Part shown: in pieces, positions 10,165 through 20,644 of the stretch | Layout: each line of letters starts with the position of its first letter | Numbering within the stretch: position 1 is the first letter of the stretch | Assembly: GCA_000146045.2 (NCBI GenBank) | Contig: BK006937.2 | Coordinates: 32,001-96,000 of the forward strand | Length of the DNA: 64,000 nt | Direction: 5' to 3' | Source: TPA_inf: Saccharomyces | Taxonomy: Eukaryota | Translations under genes and position numbers: made by a program | Notes under the pieces: generated by a model | The model's input: the letters and a program-made list of their open reading frames with translations, nothing else | What the model was told of the DNA's origin: nothing | The model's database searches: none

Positions 10165-11556
10165 ATGAACCGTATTACTAGGAAAAGTTGTTTATTCGCG
10201 ATTATATTTGCATCATTATTTGTGACACATGCATTGGGTGCCGCTATTGATCCGCCAAGGCGACCACATAATGTGAAGCCTTTTCATAACGGTAATCTCG
10301 AACTTCAAAGAAGAGCAAATGAACCGTTTTTTGAAATAGATGTCAAGAGTCTGAACACAAACTCACCGATATCAGAGTTGTGTAAAAAAGATTTGCACGT
10401 CATTGAATCGTCTCATGATCTTTTTCATTTACAAAACCAATGTGAATTCATCTTGGGGTCATTAAAAGTCACAAACTATGATTCTAACATTTTGGATTTG
10501 AACAGCTTGAGGGCCATTGGTGGTGACCTGATTATTCAGGATTCACCTGAACTGATCAGAATCCAAGCCGGGAACTTGAATAAAATCGAAGGGCTCTTCC
10601 AATTACAGGGACTAACCTCTTTGGTTTCTGTTGAAATTCCAACTTTGAAATTTTGTCAGTCACTGGAGTGGAAAGTTGTTCCCATCTTGAACTACGTCTC
10701 CATGGATTCTCAGAATATTGAGATTATAAAGGATATTGTCATATCGGATACTTCATTAGCAAACATCGAGAATTTCAACAAGGTTCAGGAAATTGATACT
10801 TTCAATATCAATAATAACAGATTTTTAGAAACTATTCATTCGAACGTTAAAACCATTAGGGGACAATTCAGTGTACATGCGAACGCTAAGGAGCTAGAAC
10901 TTGAAATGCCACACTTGAGAGAAGTGGAAAACATAACGATTAGGGACACATCATTGGTCTACCTTCCACAATTAACAAAAGTGAAAAGCTCTTTAGAGTT
11001 CATCGAAAATTACTTTTACGAATTGAACCTGAACAATTTGCAGAAGATTGGTGGAACATTAGGAATTATCAACAATGTAAATTTAATAAAAGTTAATTTG
11101 GAGAACTTAACAGACATTCAAGGTGGCTTGATGATCGCCGATAACGAATCCCTCGAGGATATTACTTTCCTGCCAAACTTGAAGCAGATTGGAGGTGCTA
11201 TTTTCTTTGAAGGTTCGTTCAAAGATATCATGTTCGATAGCTTGAAACTGGTGAAAGGTAGCGCTTTTATTAAGAGTTCATCAAACGTGTTGGATTGCAA
11301 TAAATGGACAAACCCATCAAATGGAAGATCAATCATCAGGGGTGGGAAATTCACTTGTATTTCTGGTAAGAAGGAAAATACGCTGAATGTTAAACAGGAT
11401 GGTACAATCATAGAAAAAGGGTACAAAGATTTAACGCAAGAAGGTGAAGACTCCAAGAAAAGAGTGATTTCAAAATACGCGAACTCAGCAAATCCAAGCA
11501 TGCAATTGGACCCCCTTCTTTTTGGTACATGCCTTGTTGCTATGTTATTGTTTTAA
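10165..11556 (+). CDS. SPS22: SPS22 (YCL048W) sporulation-specific cell wall protein, SPS2 paralogue
   Basis: 463-aa ORF with a signal peptide, leucine-rich-repeat-like body and a C-terminal hydrophobic GPI-like tail. Length matches SPS22. Confidence 0.85.
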   Translation: MNRITRKSCLFAIIFASLFVTHALGAAIDPPRRPHNVKPFHNGNLELQRRANEPFFEIDVKSLNTNSPISELCKKDLHVIESSHDLFHLQNQCEFILGSLKVTNYDSNILDLNSLRAIGGDLIIQDSPELIRIQAGNLNKIEGLFQLQGLTSLVSVEIPTLKFCQSLEWKVVPILNYVSMDSQNIEIIKDIVISDTSLANIENFNKVQEIDTFNINNNRFLETIHSNVKTIRGQFSVHANAKELELEMPHLREVENITIRDTSLVYLPQLTKVKSSLEFIENYFYELNLNNLQKIGGTLGIINNVNLIKVNLENLTDIQGGLMIADNESLEDITFLPNLKQIGGAIFFEGSFKDIMFDSLKLVKGSAFIKSSSNVLDCNKWTNPSNGRSIIRGGKFTCISGKKENTLNVKQDGTIIEKGYKDLTQEGEDSKKRVISKYANSANPSMQLDPLLFGTCLVAMLLF

Positions 11557-11660
11557 GATTACTAGTCTAGTATAACAGAAAGTTTTTTTTGTTCCTAATA
11601 TTATCTTTATCTATATACATATATCTCCATGAAAGGCATTTGAATTTCTATCTTTCTCTT

Positions 11661-12437
11661 TCAATCAAATATTGTCTTATTATTGATCAAATAATCGTAT
11701 ATGCACAATGGCAACTCGTCTTTCAAACTCTCCACTTGCCCATTCTTCAGTTTGTTCCTAATCTCGGATGATGAAACATTTCTTAATGCTGGATAATCAT
11801 TTTGCATAACATGAATCCTAGCGCCCCATTCTCTTGGTATTACCGGTTCGAATTTTCCCTCAAGGATGTCACTGGCGTATCTTAGTTGCGATTCAGCACT
11901 GAGATGGCAATCGCCTCTCGCCAAGCAATATAATTGAGATCCCGACATGAAGCTCTCCATTACATCACTGATTTTTAAAGGATGATAATATTTTTCATCA
12001 AAGATCCTAGCAATTGTATCAAAACCAACTAAGTAGCCTATATCTGCACTGCATCCTTTAACAAATTGCTCATGTAATATTTTGTCCTTGTCGATGAATT
12101 TCGAGAAAACAGTCAACCCGACAGATACTACAGATTGGGGGAGCTTCTCCTGAAGGTAGTCAGCGAATAAGCACATCATTTCCAGACGAGTTGGAAAAGA
12201 TGCCGGCTTAGGCAACTTATCTGCATTATTCACCGCTAACAGTAATAAAACATGCGAACGGGTGTCCTTCAATTTGAAGTTTTTAATAGTCTGCGATAGT
12301 AGTTGAAAATGGGCCAGATGTGGTGGATTGAATGAAGAATCAAGGACAAATAACTTCTGACATTCTAGATGCTGGGGTCCTTTGAGAACCTGAAATAGTA
12401 AATTGCTTTTTCGAAACTGCTCGAACGTCTTCTTCAT
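11661..12437 (-). CDS. POF1: POF1 (YCL047C) NMN adenylyltransferase-like nucleotidyltransferase
   Basis: 258-aa ORF with an N-terminal FNPPHLAH nucleotidyltransferase motif (HxGH-like). Confidence 0.85.
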
Positions 12438-12541
12438 ATTAGTCTGCTAGTGCACGTACTGCTATCAACCGTCATTGATTAAGTGTCCATTTTCCAAAGA
12501 AGTAGGAGATTATATAACCACGAGTATGACGTCTTCCAGGG

Positions 12542-12561
12542 AAAAAAAAAAAAAAAAAAAA
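12542..12561. repeat. Poly(dA) tract, 20 nt
   Basis: Uninterrupted A run in the POF1 upstream / EMC1 downstream spacer. Confidence 0.9.
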
Positions 12562-12622
12562 GAAAGCCAAAATAAGGAGCCTTGAAATGTGTATCTGATA
12601 TATATAATGTGTATGTAAATAT

Positions 12623-14905
12623 CTATTTAATTAGCCATTGGGATTTCAACTTCTTGTTTGAAACAGAAGGACGGATAAAATACGTGATCACCAACAAGAC
12701 GAATATAGTAATAAGCAATTTACCCTTTTCGAAAGTAGGACTCATTAAATCAAATTGGCCCGAAGGTGTGATCCTTGTACAAAATACATCAAGGCCTAGA
12801 TCACATATAATGCTTGTGGATTCCAGATTGGTTGGGATGGAGATCAACTGCGAATCGGATCCTGGCAATAGATTTCTGAAATGAGTGATAATGAAATTAT
12901 CATTAATTGGGATAACTGGCGTGTATGGGGTAGCCATAAACTCTTTTTTCTTATCCTTGGCCATTTCTTCTGCTGGTTTACCTCTTGCATTCAATAAAAG
13001 CTTTGGTATGTAGGTGATTTGTCCATTTTCTAATTCCATAACGATTGCCTTTGTGGTAATATCATCCGTTGTCTTGGAAATGGACATTGTTTTGATAATC
13101 TCGGGAAAAATGAATTGTTTAGTTTGAAATTGAGGTTTGTTAATGTGTCCAGTCAATGGATCATAAGAAAAATTGTCGCTTGAGTTAGACAAACGCTCAT
13201 CTGGGGTTAGTGACTCATATAATTCCACCACTACTAACTTTTGTTCTGGAACAGGTTCAGAACTGAAATAGGAATAAACGACCCAATATTCACCGAAAAC
13301 AATATCCATTGGAAACCTAAAATCCGGAGAATCCTTGTGCTCTTGGGTAATGAGGATTTCTCCTGTAATGGTATCAATTAAGTTAAAAGTGATTGTATGA
13401 TGTTCTTCATTAGCGATCAGATAAGCCGCTAGGTTGGGGTACAAATATTTATAAAGAACCGATTTGTCACCTAGTGTAATACCAAGAGTGTTTAGGTTTG
13501 TTGTTTCCCTCTTGCTATATGCCACCATTTTCTCTTTCGAATTTACGGCTTTTTTCCAAGTTTGTTTTACCGTATCGTTTTCGATTATGTAGCCATAAAT
13601 GCCATTCGTGTCATGCTCTGTGACGAATATGTGGGAACTAGAATGGTTGTTGGCAACTATTGGTACATCCGTATTCTTGCCGGGATTCAATTTGAACAGT
13701 AAATGATCCTTATCCTCAAACTTAATCAGATACTGGTGATCATGTTCATTCAGCCTAATAACGGAATCAACAGTTTTCCTTTCAGATAGGGGGGATCTTG
13801 ATTTGATAATCGGTTGATCTTTAGTAACTTCAATTGTCAAATAATGCCCATCATGCGAAAAAACAACAAGTTCGTCATGGTTTTTATCCGTCCAGAACAT
13901 TTTGACGCCCTGATCAATTTCTAAATCGAGTTTCCAGATAAGTTGGCCCTTATTGACCATATCAAGGCCGCCGATAAAGCCATCATGCGTCAAAACAATT
14001 AAGATTTTGGCGAATCCGAACTTCAAATCTGATACCGTGGTATCCTTAGCGTCTAGAGCTAGGAGTTTAGTGAAGACACGTCCTGGTGAGAATTGGTTTT
14101 CTTTCAATAAGTTGATAAGGCGATTCCAATTAGTTGTCAATCTAAGCCAGTAAGCATTCCAAAGCGAATTTGAATCAAGTTCCGCTTTCATATCTTTGTT
14201 CAACTCCACATCCCTAGAATCGAAGACGTCCAATACAGCATAGTCTACCACGTTAGTCAACCATTCATCTCTTTGCCAAACGGGGATCAATTCTGTGCCA
14301 TTGGCAGAGAATCCCATATATTGGGTATCATTAACGTTCAACACTAACGCCAGGGGATCTTCACGATGAAAATATTCCACTTTATTGAACCCTTGAGGTA
14401 ACTCCAATTTCCATTCTGCCAGTTTTGACTGCTCATCGAGAATATGTAGTTCATTGTTCTTAATAGATACTTGATCGTTTAAATATGAGGATTGAGGTAA
14501 AATGGTCGTAGAAGGGGCATTATCTACGCCTTCCTCTAGTAAAAACCAATCGTGTAAATCATATTTCTGCCAATGGTTGCTTGAAGAGTTCACACAAACC
14601 ATTGCGTTATGGTCATTACTATCCAGTTGAATCTCATCAATGGTAAAGGGTAAAACGTTTCTGAAAAGAATCTGTCCGGAAGAAACGTTAAACGAAGAAA
14701 CTAAGCAGGAAGTTTCGGTAGGGTTCGATAAGATGAGAACCCTGTTGCGGTCTCGAGAATCAGGGATGACTTTCTCCCAAGGACCTAAGTTAGCCAGTTG
14801 CCAATCAGTGATAAATGCATCATCTGAAAAAACGGCTTGGACACAACTCGTGTTTAGGAAGAGTAAAATGAAGACGTACACCAAGTCTGTACACGTTATC
14901 TTCAT
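12623..14905 (-). CDS. EMC1: EMC1 (YCL045C) ER membrane protein complex subunit 1
   Basis: 760-aa ORF with an N-terminal signal peptide, a large lumenal domain and a single C-terminal TM. Length matches EMC1. Confidence 0.9.
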   Translation of the reverse strand: MKITCTDLVYVFILLFLNTSCVQAVFSDDAFITDWQLANLGPWEKVIPDSRDRNRVLILSNPTETSCLVSSFNVSSGQILFRNVLPFTIDEIQLDSNDHNAMVCVNSSSNHWQKYDLHDWFLLEEGVDNAPSTTILPQSSYLNDQVSIKNNELHILDEQSKLAEWKLELPQGFNKVEYFHREDPLALVLNVNDTQYMGFSANGTELIPVWQRDEWLTNVVDYAVLDVFDSRDVELNKDMKAELDSNSLWNAYWLRLTTNWNRLINLLKENQFSPGRVFTKLLALDAKDTTVSDLKFGFAKILIVLTHDGFIGGLDMVNKGQLIWKLDLEIDQGVKMFWTDKNHDELVVFSHDGHYLTIEVTKDQPIIKSRSPLSERKTVDSVIRLNEHDHQYLIKFEDKDHLLFKLNPGKNTDVPIVANNHSSSHIFVTEHDTNGIYGYIIENDTVKQTWKKAVNSKEKMVAYSKRETTNLNTLGITLGDKSVLYKYLYPNLAAYLIANEEHHTITFNLIDTITGEILITQEHKDSPDFRFPMDIVFGEYWVVYSYFSSEPVPEQKLVVVELYESLTPDERLSNSSDNFSYDPLTGHINKPQFQTKQFIFPEIIKTMSISKTTDDITTKAIVMELENGQITYIPKLLLNARGKPAEEMAKDKKKEFMATPYTPVIPINDNFIITHFRNLLPGSDSQLISIPTNLESTSIICDLGLDVFCTRITPSGQFDLMSPTFEKGKLLITIFVLLVITYFIRPSVSNKKLKSQWLIK

Positions 14906-15110
14906 TGCTATGGGGGAAGGGGAGGATGAAAGTGTTGATATGAATGTAGGTATTAGTTATTAATGGAGTGTATATATATATATGTTATTATATATTTGCA
15001 TATATAATATGAAATCCCAGCCATATTTTCTCTGGTAGCCGTCTGAAAAATCACGGTGTACGAAGAAGGATTTAATATACGCACGGTACAACTAAGCAAT
15101 CCGCAAAGAC

Positions 15111-16364
15111 CTAATGTGTCTTTTCATTAGTGAGAGCCTTGGGGGTAGGCCCTGGTAACGGCTGGTCCGTGCTAGTGGGTGTCTTGGTATGGGAGGGCAT
15201 GGTAGTTGGTATGAATTTGATGCTTAGCGAAGTTTCTAAGGCCAAAGTCATCCATGGATCATAAAGCGATCTTATTGTATCGAGATCAATATCTTGCGGG
15301 CCTTTCGTGTCATGGGGCAAAATGACACCTCGGGAGAGTGTGGTGCTGGATCTCTTCTTTACTGGTGCGGAAATGGAATCTCCCGAAGATGCTAAGAAAT
15401 GCAGTCTTTTTTCCACATTTTGTAGATGGAGTTTTTTGGACTCGGAAAGACCTTCAAGGCCAGTAGAAGAAGACTGCGGATTGTGGGATATGGAATTGAT
15501 GAGTTCAATGGAATTTTCTCTAATGTTTCTTTTATTTTGAAAAAACTCGAACATGTCCAAGTGAAATTCCATGCGATTGAGGTACTCGTTGAAAGACATG
15601 GGCTTGTATTCCAAGGGTCCGAACCATTTAATAATGGGATTCTGCGCCTCAACTTGCGCTCTAGCGAGAGCGACGCTTTGTTTGACCTCAGGGATATTTG
15701 TCGAGAGAGGAGTACCGTTCATAGCATCCTTGACTTTTATTTTGGTGGGGTCTATGCCCTCGTGATAATATTTGACAATATTGTTGAAAAACTTCTTGTC
15801 ACGTACGGATTTCATTTCGTCGCACCAGGGGTCGTATTTAAGAAAGTTCAGGCGAGTAAGCTCCAACAGTGACTGAGAAAGTAGCAAAGAGCCAAACAAC
15901 CCCCATAAGAGCTTTCTGACGCTGACGAATCGAGATTGGCGAGGTATGATGGGAGGAGGGGCGAGCACAATGTCACCATGGGTGGTGGAGAAGCGGTTCA
16001 AAGTTGGAAAGTCAGCAATATCCTTTTTGATTTTAGTCTTGCCATTGACAATCATTTCACTGGGTAGTTCGCCAAAGGATAAATCCGAGTGAGTGCCAGT
16101 GGCAATGCGGCGCGGTGGCGGTAGTTTGTAGAGCCTTCTCAGTCTCCAAAGGGCAAAGAAACCCACTGCAGATTGGATAGTGATTAGAGTGTATAGTCCC
16201 GGTAGGTTATCAGGAGCGGGTACGAGCGGACCCCACAGTTTTAAGCCTAAACTTGGCCTTATGTAGAATTTCTTGATATCATTATCATCTTTGTCGTGGT
16301 CATCTTGTGTGTGAGTATGGTCGGTGGAATTGCTATTACCTGATGGAGGAGTAAATACAGCCAT
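15111..16364 (-). CDS. MGR1: MGR1 (YCL044C) mitochondrial i-AAA protease adaptor subunit
   Basis: 417-aa ORF; length and position match MGR1. Confidence 0.8.
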   Translation of the reverse strand: MAVFTPPSGNSNSTDHTHTQDDHDKDDNDIKKFYIRPSLGLKLWGPLVPAPDNLPGLYTLITIQSAVGFFALWRLRRLYKLPPPRRIATGTHSDLSFGELPSEMIVNGKTKIKKDIADFPTLNRFSTTHGDIVLAPPPIIPRQSRFVSVRKLLWGLFGSLLLSQSLLELTRLNFLKYDPWCDEMKSVRDKKFFNNIVKYYHEGIDPTKIKVKDAMNGTPLSTNIPEVKQSVALARAQVEAQNPIIKWFGPLEYKPMSFNEYLNRMEFHLDMFEFFQNKRNIRENSIELINSISHNPQSSSTGLEGLSESKKLHLQNVEKRLHFLASSGDSISAPVKKRSSTTLSRGVILPHDTKGPQDIDLDTIRSLYDPWMTLALETSLSIKFIPTTMPSHTKTPTSTDQPLPGPTPKALTNEKTH

Positions 16365-16652
16365 CTTTTATTACGGTAATTGGAAAAGGAGAGGGAATGG
16401 AGGAGGATGAGATAAGTAGTTTCCTAAGCAGTAAAGCAAGTGTCCACATTTAAGTAAAAGACGATGCCATGCACTTATTATTACTACGTGGTCAATTTTC
16501 TCTTTCCCTAAGGCGTTCGTGCAGTGTGACGAATATAGCGAACAACTATTGTGTTTGAATTTTAACGTTTATCTTTTTATGATTTTTTTAAAAAAACTTC
16601 CTAGAAAATTTCTTATATATCTCTATTTAATGAAAAACCAAAGTGATCAGAA

Positions 16653-18221
16653 TTACAATTCATCGTGAATGGCATCTTCTTCGTCAGCCAATTCAGCGTC
16701 AGCATCGGCTTCCTCAGCAGCTTTTTCCTGGGCTTCTTCGTACAAGGCCTTACCGTCGACGTCGAAGTGACCGTTTTCCTTGATGAAGTCGAATAAAGAG
16801 TCCAAGGATCTTGAACCTTGGTACACAACAGATTCGGACTTCTTACCACCTGGGTATAAGACGATTGTTGGGTAACCTTCAATTACGACGCCTCTGACAT
16901 CGTTTTCAGTGTGGTCTAGTTTAGCAATCAAAACGTCGGATGTGGCGTTGGCGTAGGTATCAGCTAGTTCTTGGTAAGTTGGGGCCAATCTCTTACAGTG
17001 ACCACACCATGGGGCATAGTACAAAACAAGAACGTCCTTCTTTGGGTCGTTGACGATTTCGTCATGGTTCTTACCGACCAATTGGAAGACAGAGGAATCT
17101 TGGTTCTCGAAGATCTCTTGGGACTTCACGATTGGGGAGGCATCACCTTTCAAGAAGTCCTTAACCAAAGATTCAATAGCCTTAGACTCCAACACGATCT
17201 TGTCGCTCAATTCGTCAAACGCCTCTTCAGAGAGTTGAGGCAAACCGTACTTCAAGTCTTCAGTCATGTCGTGGATGGCAAATAGAGGGAATTGTTCCTT
17301 CATGTTCAAGTTGCCGGCGTGTCTGCCGAATTTTCTGGCATCGATGCTAACAAAGTTCATTAGACCTCTGTTCTTTTTGGCCAACTCGGTAAAGAGAGGC
17401 TTGTATTCTTCCAATTCTTCCTCGTCATTGTAGAATAAGTAACCCAAAGGCAAACCGCTTTCGACGTATTGGGCGAAAACGGAACCGTCGATTTCACCAA
17501 AGTAGGGCAAGGCTTCCACTTGCAACCATTTTTCAAAAACATCAGCGTCAGCGATATCGGCTTTCTTACCGTTGTATACTACAGGCTCGTCCATGGCGGA
17601 GGGCAAGTAAATAGAAAGCTTGAAATCATCGTCTGCGTTTTCAGCGGAGACAAAGTCGTAGTCGTTGAAGTGTTTGTTGGCCATGGAGTAAAAGGTGGCG
17701 TTGAAGTCGGCGTCAATCTTACCGGATTGGACGATAACTGGAGTGACAAAAGTCTCGTTAGCAAGGTAAGCTGGTAGATCAGCAACAACGGCGACAGCCG
17801 GTTGGCTTTGCTTGATCATGAATTGGACAATGGCCTCGGCAGTTCTAGGTCCCTCGTAATCGATCGAGTTGTTAACATCGCTGTTTTTGAAAATCTTCAA
17901 GCTTGGGAACCCTGGAATGTTGTGTTCCATACACAGATCCTGGTTTTCAGTACAGTCGATCTGGGCCAAGGTAATGTTTTTCTCAACTAAAGTCTCGGCG
18001 GCTTTAACGTATTCAGGAGCCATGTTCTTACAGTGGCCACACCATGGAGCAAAAAACTCCGCAAGCACCAAGTCGTGCGACTGAATGTACTCATTGAAGG
18101 AGTCGGTGGCCAACTTAACGACAGCGGAGTCTTCAGGGGCCACAGCCTCTTGTTGGGCGAAAACAGAGGAGGCGAGCAGCAGGGAGGACCATGACAGGAC
18201 GGCACCAGCAGAAAACTTCAT
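16653..18221 (-). CDS. PDI1: PDI1 (YCL043C) protein disulfide isomerase
   Basis: 522-aa ORF with a signal peptide, two thioredoxin APWCGHCK active sites, an acidic C-terminus and an HDEL ER-retention signal. Confidence 0.97.
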   Translation of the reverse strand: MKFSAGAVLSWSSLLLASSVFAQQEAVAPEDSAVVKLATDSFNEYIQSHDLVLAEFFAPWCGHCKNMAPEYVKAAETLVEKNITLAQIDCTENQDLCMEHNIPGFPSLKIFKNSDVNNSIDYEGPRTAEAIVQFMIKQSQPAVAVVADLPAYLANETFVTPVIVQSGKIDADFNATFYSMANKHFNDYDFVSAENADDDFKLSIYLPSAMDEPVVYNGKKADIADADVFEKWLQVEALPYFGEIDGSVFAQYVESGLPLGYLFYNDEEELEEYKPLFTELAKKNRGLMNFVSIDARKFGRHAGNLNMKEQFPLFAIHDMTEDLKYGLPQLSEEAFDELSDKIVLESKAIESLVKDFLKGDASPIVKSQEIFENQDSSVFQLVGKNHDEIVNDPKKDVLVLYYAPWCGHCKRLAPTYQELADTYANATSDVLIAKLDHTENDVRGVVIEGYPTIVLYPGGKKSESVVYQGSRSLDSLFDFIKENGHFDVDGKALYEEAQEKAAEEADADAELADEEDAIHDEL

Positions 18222-18318
18222 AACGGGATAGATGTATGTTTTTCTTTATGTAGAGCTTGGCAGCTTTAAAATTACCAATTAGACATGCTGCTTGCAACAA
18301 GAAAATGCACGCGTAACA

Positions 18319-18352
<34 letters not shown>

Positions 18353-18505
18353 CCATACGGGTTTTTCGTTTTGTTGTGGTTGTAACAGCACAACAAAATG
18401 CTACACGGTGGCAAATTGGAAAAAGAGACTAGTGAGAGAAAAGGGAAAAAGAGGCGCCGCCCGACAGGGTAACATATTATCACGTGCAGCCCAGGATAAT
18501 TTTCA

Positions 18506-18522
18506 GGACACGTGTTTCGAAA
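18506..18522. promoter_or_regulatory. UPRE-like element GGACACGTGTTTCGAAA in the PDI1 upstream region; resembles the KAR2 UPRE GGACAGCGTGTCGAAA
   Basis: The element lies about 290 bp upstream of the PDI1 ATG. Its CACGTG core and flanks resemble the Hac1 UPRE-1, and a second CACGTG sits at 18481-18486. Confidence 0.3.
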
Positions 18523-18583
18523 GGTTTGTCGCTCCGAAAAAATCAAAAAAAACAAAAAACGGGAAATAACAATAACGACAAAA

Positions 18584-18943
18584 ATGGAAAAAAAAAAAAT
18601 TTTAGACGCGGCGCTTGCACCCCGCATTATAAGTGGTGTGCCGACGGACGGTCAACCCCTTTCAGGGGGCCCCCTATCTTGGGCGTGGTGTCACACCACG
18701 CTCAAACGGTGGGCACTAATGAAAACGCGCCCATATAAATATCCGCTATCAACAGAACCCCCAACCCCCCCATCAGTGCCCAACTCAGCTTCCGTAAACC
18801 ACAACACCACCACTAATACAACTCTATCATACACAAGATGTCATTCGACGACTTACACAAAGCCACTGAGAGAGCGGTCATCCAGGCCGTGGACCAGATC
18901 TGCGACGATTTCGAGGTTACCCCCGAGAAGCTGGACGAATTAA
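18584..18943 (+). CDS. YCL042W small ORF overlapping the GLK1 promoter and start; doubtful coding status
   Basis: 119-aa ORF from an internal Met of the 143-aa six-frame ORF. It overlaps GLK1 codons 1-35 in another frame and is S/T/P-rich and low-complexity. Confidence 0.3.
   Translation: MEKKKILDAALAPRIISGVPTDGQPLSGGPLSWAWCHTTLKRWALMKTRPYKYPLSTEPPTPPSVPNSASVNHNTTTNTTLSYTRCHSTTYTKPLRERSSRPWTRSATISRLPPRSWTN
18656..18675. promoter_or_regulatory. STRE cluster (CCCCT 18656-60, AGGGG 18664-68, CCCCT 18671-75) upstream of GLK1
   Basis: Three Msn2/4 STRE cores within 20 bp, about 170 bp upstream of the GLK1 ATG. GLK1 is a textbook STRE-driven gene. Confidence 0.55.
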
Positions 18944-20340
18944 CTGCTTACTTCATCGAACAAATGGAAAAAGGTCTAGCTCCACCAAAGGAAGGCCACA
19001 CATTGGCCTCGGACAAAGGTCTTCCTATGATTCCGGCGTTCGTCACCGGGTCACCCAACGGGACGGAGCGCGGTGTTTTACTAGCCGCCGACCTGGGTGG
19101 TACCAATTTCCGTATATGTTCTGTTAACTTGCATGGAGATCATACTTTCTCCATGGAGCAAATGAAGTCCAAGATTCCCGATGATTTGCTAGACGATGAG
19201 AACGTCACATCTGACGACCTGTTTGGGTTTCTAGCACGTCGTACACTGGCCTTTATGAAGAAGTATCACCCGGACGAGTTGGCCAAGGGTAAAGACGCCA
19301 AGCCCATGAAACTGGGGTTCACTTTCTCATACCCTGTAGACCAGACCTCTCTAAACTCCGGGACATTGATCCGTTGGACCAAGGGTTTCCGCATCGCGGA
19401 CACCGTCGGAAAGGATGTCGTGCAATTGTACCAGGAGCAATTAAGCGCTCAGGGTATGCCTATGATCAAGGTTGTTGCATTAACCAACGACACCGTCGGA
19501 ACGTACCTATCGCATTGCTACACGTCCGATAACACGGACTCAATGACGTCCGGAGAAATCTCGGAGCCGGTCATCGGATGTATTTTCGGTACCGGTACCA
19601 ATGGGTGCTATATGGAGGAGATCAACAAGATCACGAAGTTGCCACAGGAGTTGCGTGACAAGTTGATAAAGGAGGGTAAGACACACATGATCATCAATGT
19701 CGAATGGGGGTCCTTCGATAATGAGCTCAAGCACTTGCCTACTACTAAGTATGACGTCGTAATTGACCAGAAACTGTCAACGAACCCGGGATTTCACTTG
19801 TTTGAAAAACGTGTCTCAGGGATGTTCTTGGGTGAGGTGTTGCGTAACATTTTAGTGGACTTGCACTCGCAAGGCTTGCTTTTGCAACAGTACAGGTCCA
19901 AGGAACAACTTCCTCGCCACTTGACTACACCTTTCCAGTTGTCATCCGAAGTGCTGTCGCATATTGAAATTGACGACTCGACAGGTCTACGTGAAACAGA
20001 GTTGTCATTATTACAGAGTCTCAGACTGCCCACCACTCCAACAGAGCGTGTTCAAATTCAAAAATTGGTGCGCGCGATTTCTAGGAGATCTGCGTATTTA
20101 GCCGCCGTGCCGCTTGCCGCGATATTGATCAAGACAAATGCTTTGAACAAGAGATATCATGGTGAAGTCGAGATCGGTTGTGATGGTTCCGTTGTGGAAT
20201 ACTACCCCGGTTTCAGATCTATGCTGAGACACGCCTTAGCCTTGTCACCCTTGGGTGCCGAGGGTGAGAGGAAGGTGCACTTGAAGATTGCCAAGGATGG
20301 TTCCGGAGTGGGTGCCGCCTTGTGTGCGCTTGTAGCATGA
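18838..20340 (+). CDS. GLK1: GLK1 (YCL040W) glucokinase
   Basis: 500-aa hexokinase-family ORF containing the LAADLGGTNFR motif. Confidence 0.95.
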   Translation: MSFDDLHKATERAVIQAVDQICDDFEVTPEKLDELTAYFIEQMEKGLAPPKEGHTLASDKGLPMIPAFVTGSPNGTERGVLLAADLGGTNFRICSVNLHGDHTFSMEQMKSKIPDDLLDDENVTSDDLFGFLARRTLAFMKKYHPDELAKGKDAKPMKLGFTFSYPVDQTSLNSGTLIRWTKGFRIADTVGKDVVQLYQEQLSAQGMPMIKVVALTNDTVGTYLSHCYTSDNTDSMTSGEISEPVIGCIFGTGTNGCYMEEINKITKLPQELRDKLIKEGKTHMIINVEWGSFDNELKHLPTTKYDVVIDQKLSTNPGFHLFEKRVSGMFLGEVLRNILVDLHSQGLLLQQYRSKEQLPRHLTTPFQLSSEVLSHIEIDDSTGLRETELSLLQSLRLPTTPTERVQIQKLVRAISRRSAYLAAVPLAAILIKTNALNKRYHGEVEIGCDGSVVEYYPGFRSMLRHALALSPLGAEGERKVHLKIAKDGSGVGAALCALVA

Positions 20341-20644
20341 TCTTTTTACATTTTTTTGGTTTGTGTACGTATCCCACCGTACTTACCATCTTCTCTCCTT
20401 TATATATATATATATATATGTATATTTTCAGTGTATATACATACATTCTTATACAATACCGTATAAGAACGTATGTATGTATGTATGATTTTCTCACATT
20501 AATGAACAATATCATCGGAAACGGGCCTTTGGTTTTTAAGGGAAAATGAAGAACAATAAATGCCTTGCTAGGTCTTCCTTTATCATTTTTGGAAGTCAAA
20601 TATGAAAAACACTTCCAAGGGGGCGTACTACTTCAACTAATAAA

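Noticed and set aside
14640-14963. 107-aa ORF overlapping the EMC1 start (corresponds to dubious YCL046W).
   Set aside because: It is entirely antisense to or overlapping EMC1 and its upstream region, and shows no conservation-type signal or distinct composition. I treat it as non-coding.
18285-18738. Overlapping small ORFs (94 aa, 84 aa) in the PDI1-GLK1 spacer.
   Set aside because: They are K-rich translations of poly(A)-rich promoter DNA (and a (TA)13 tract at 18324-18351). Only the 119-aa YCL042W frame is listed, and that with low confidence.
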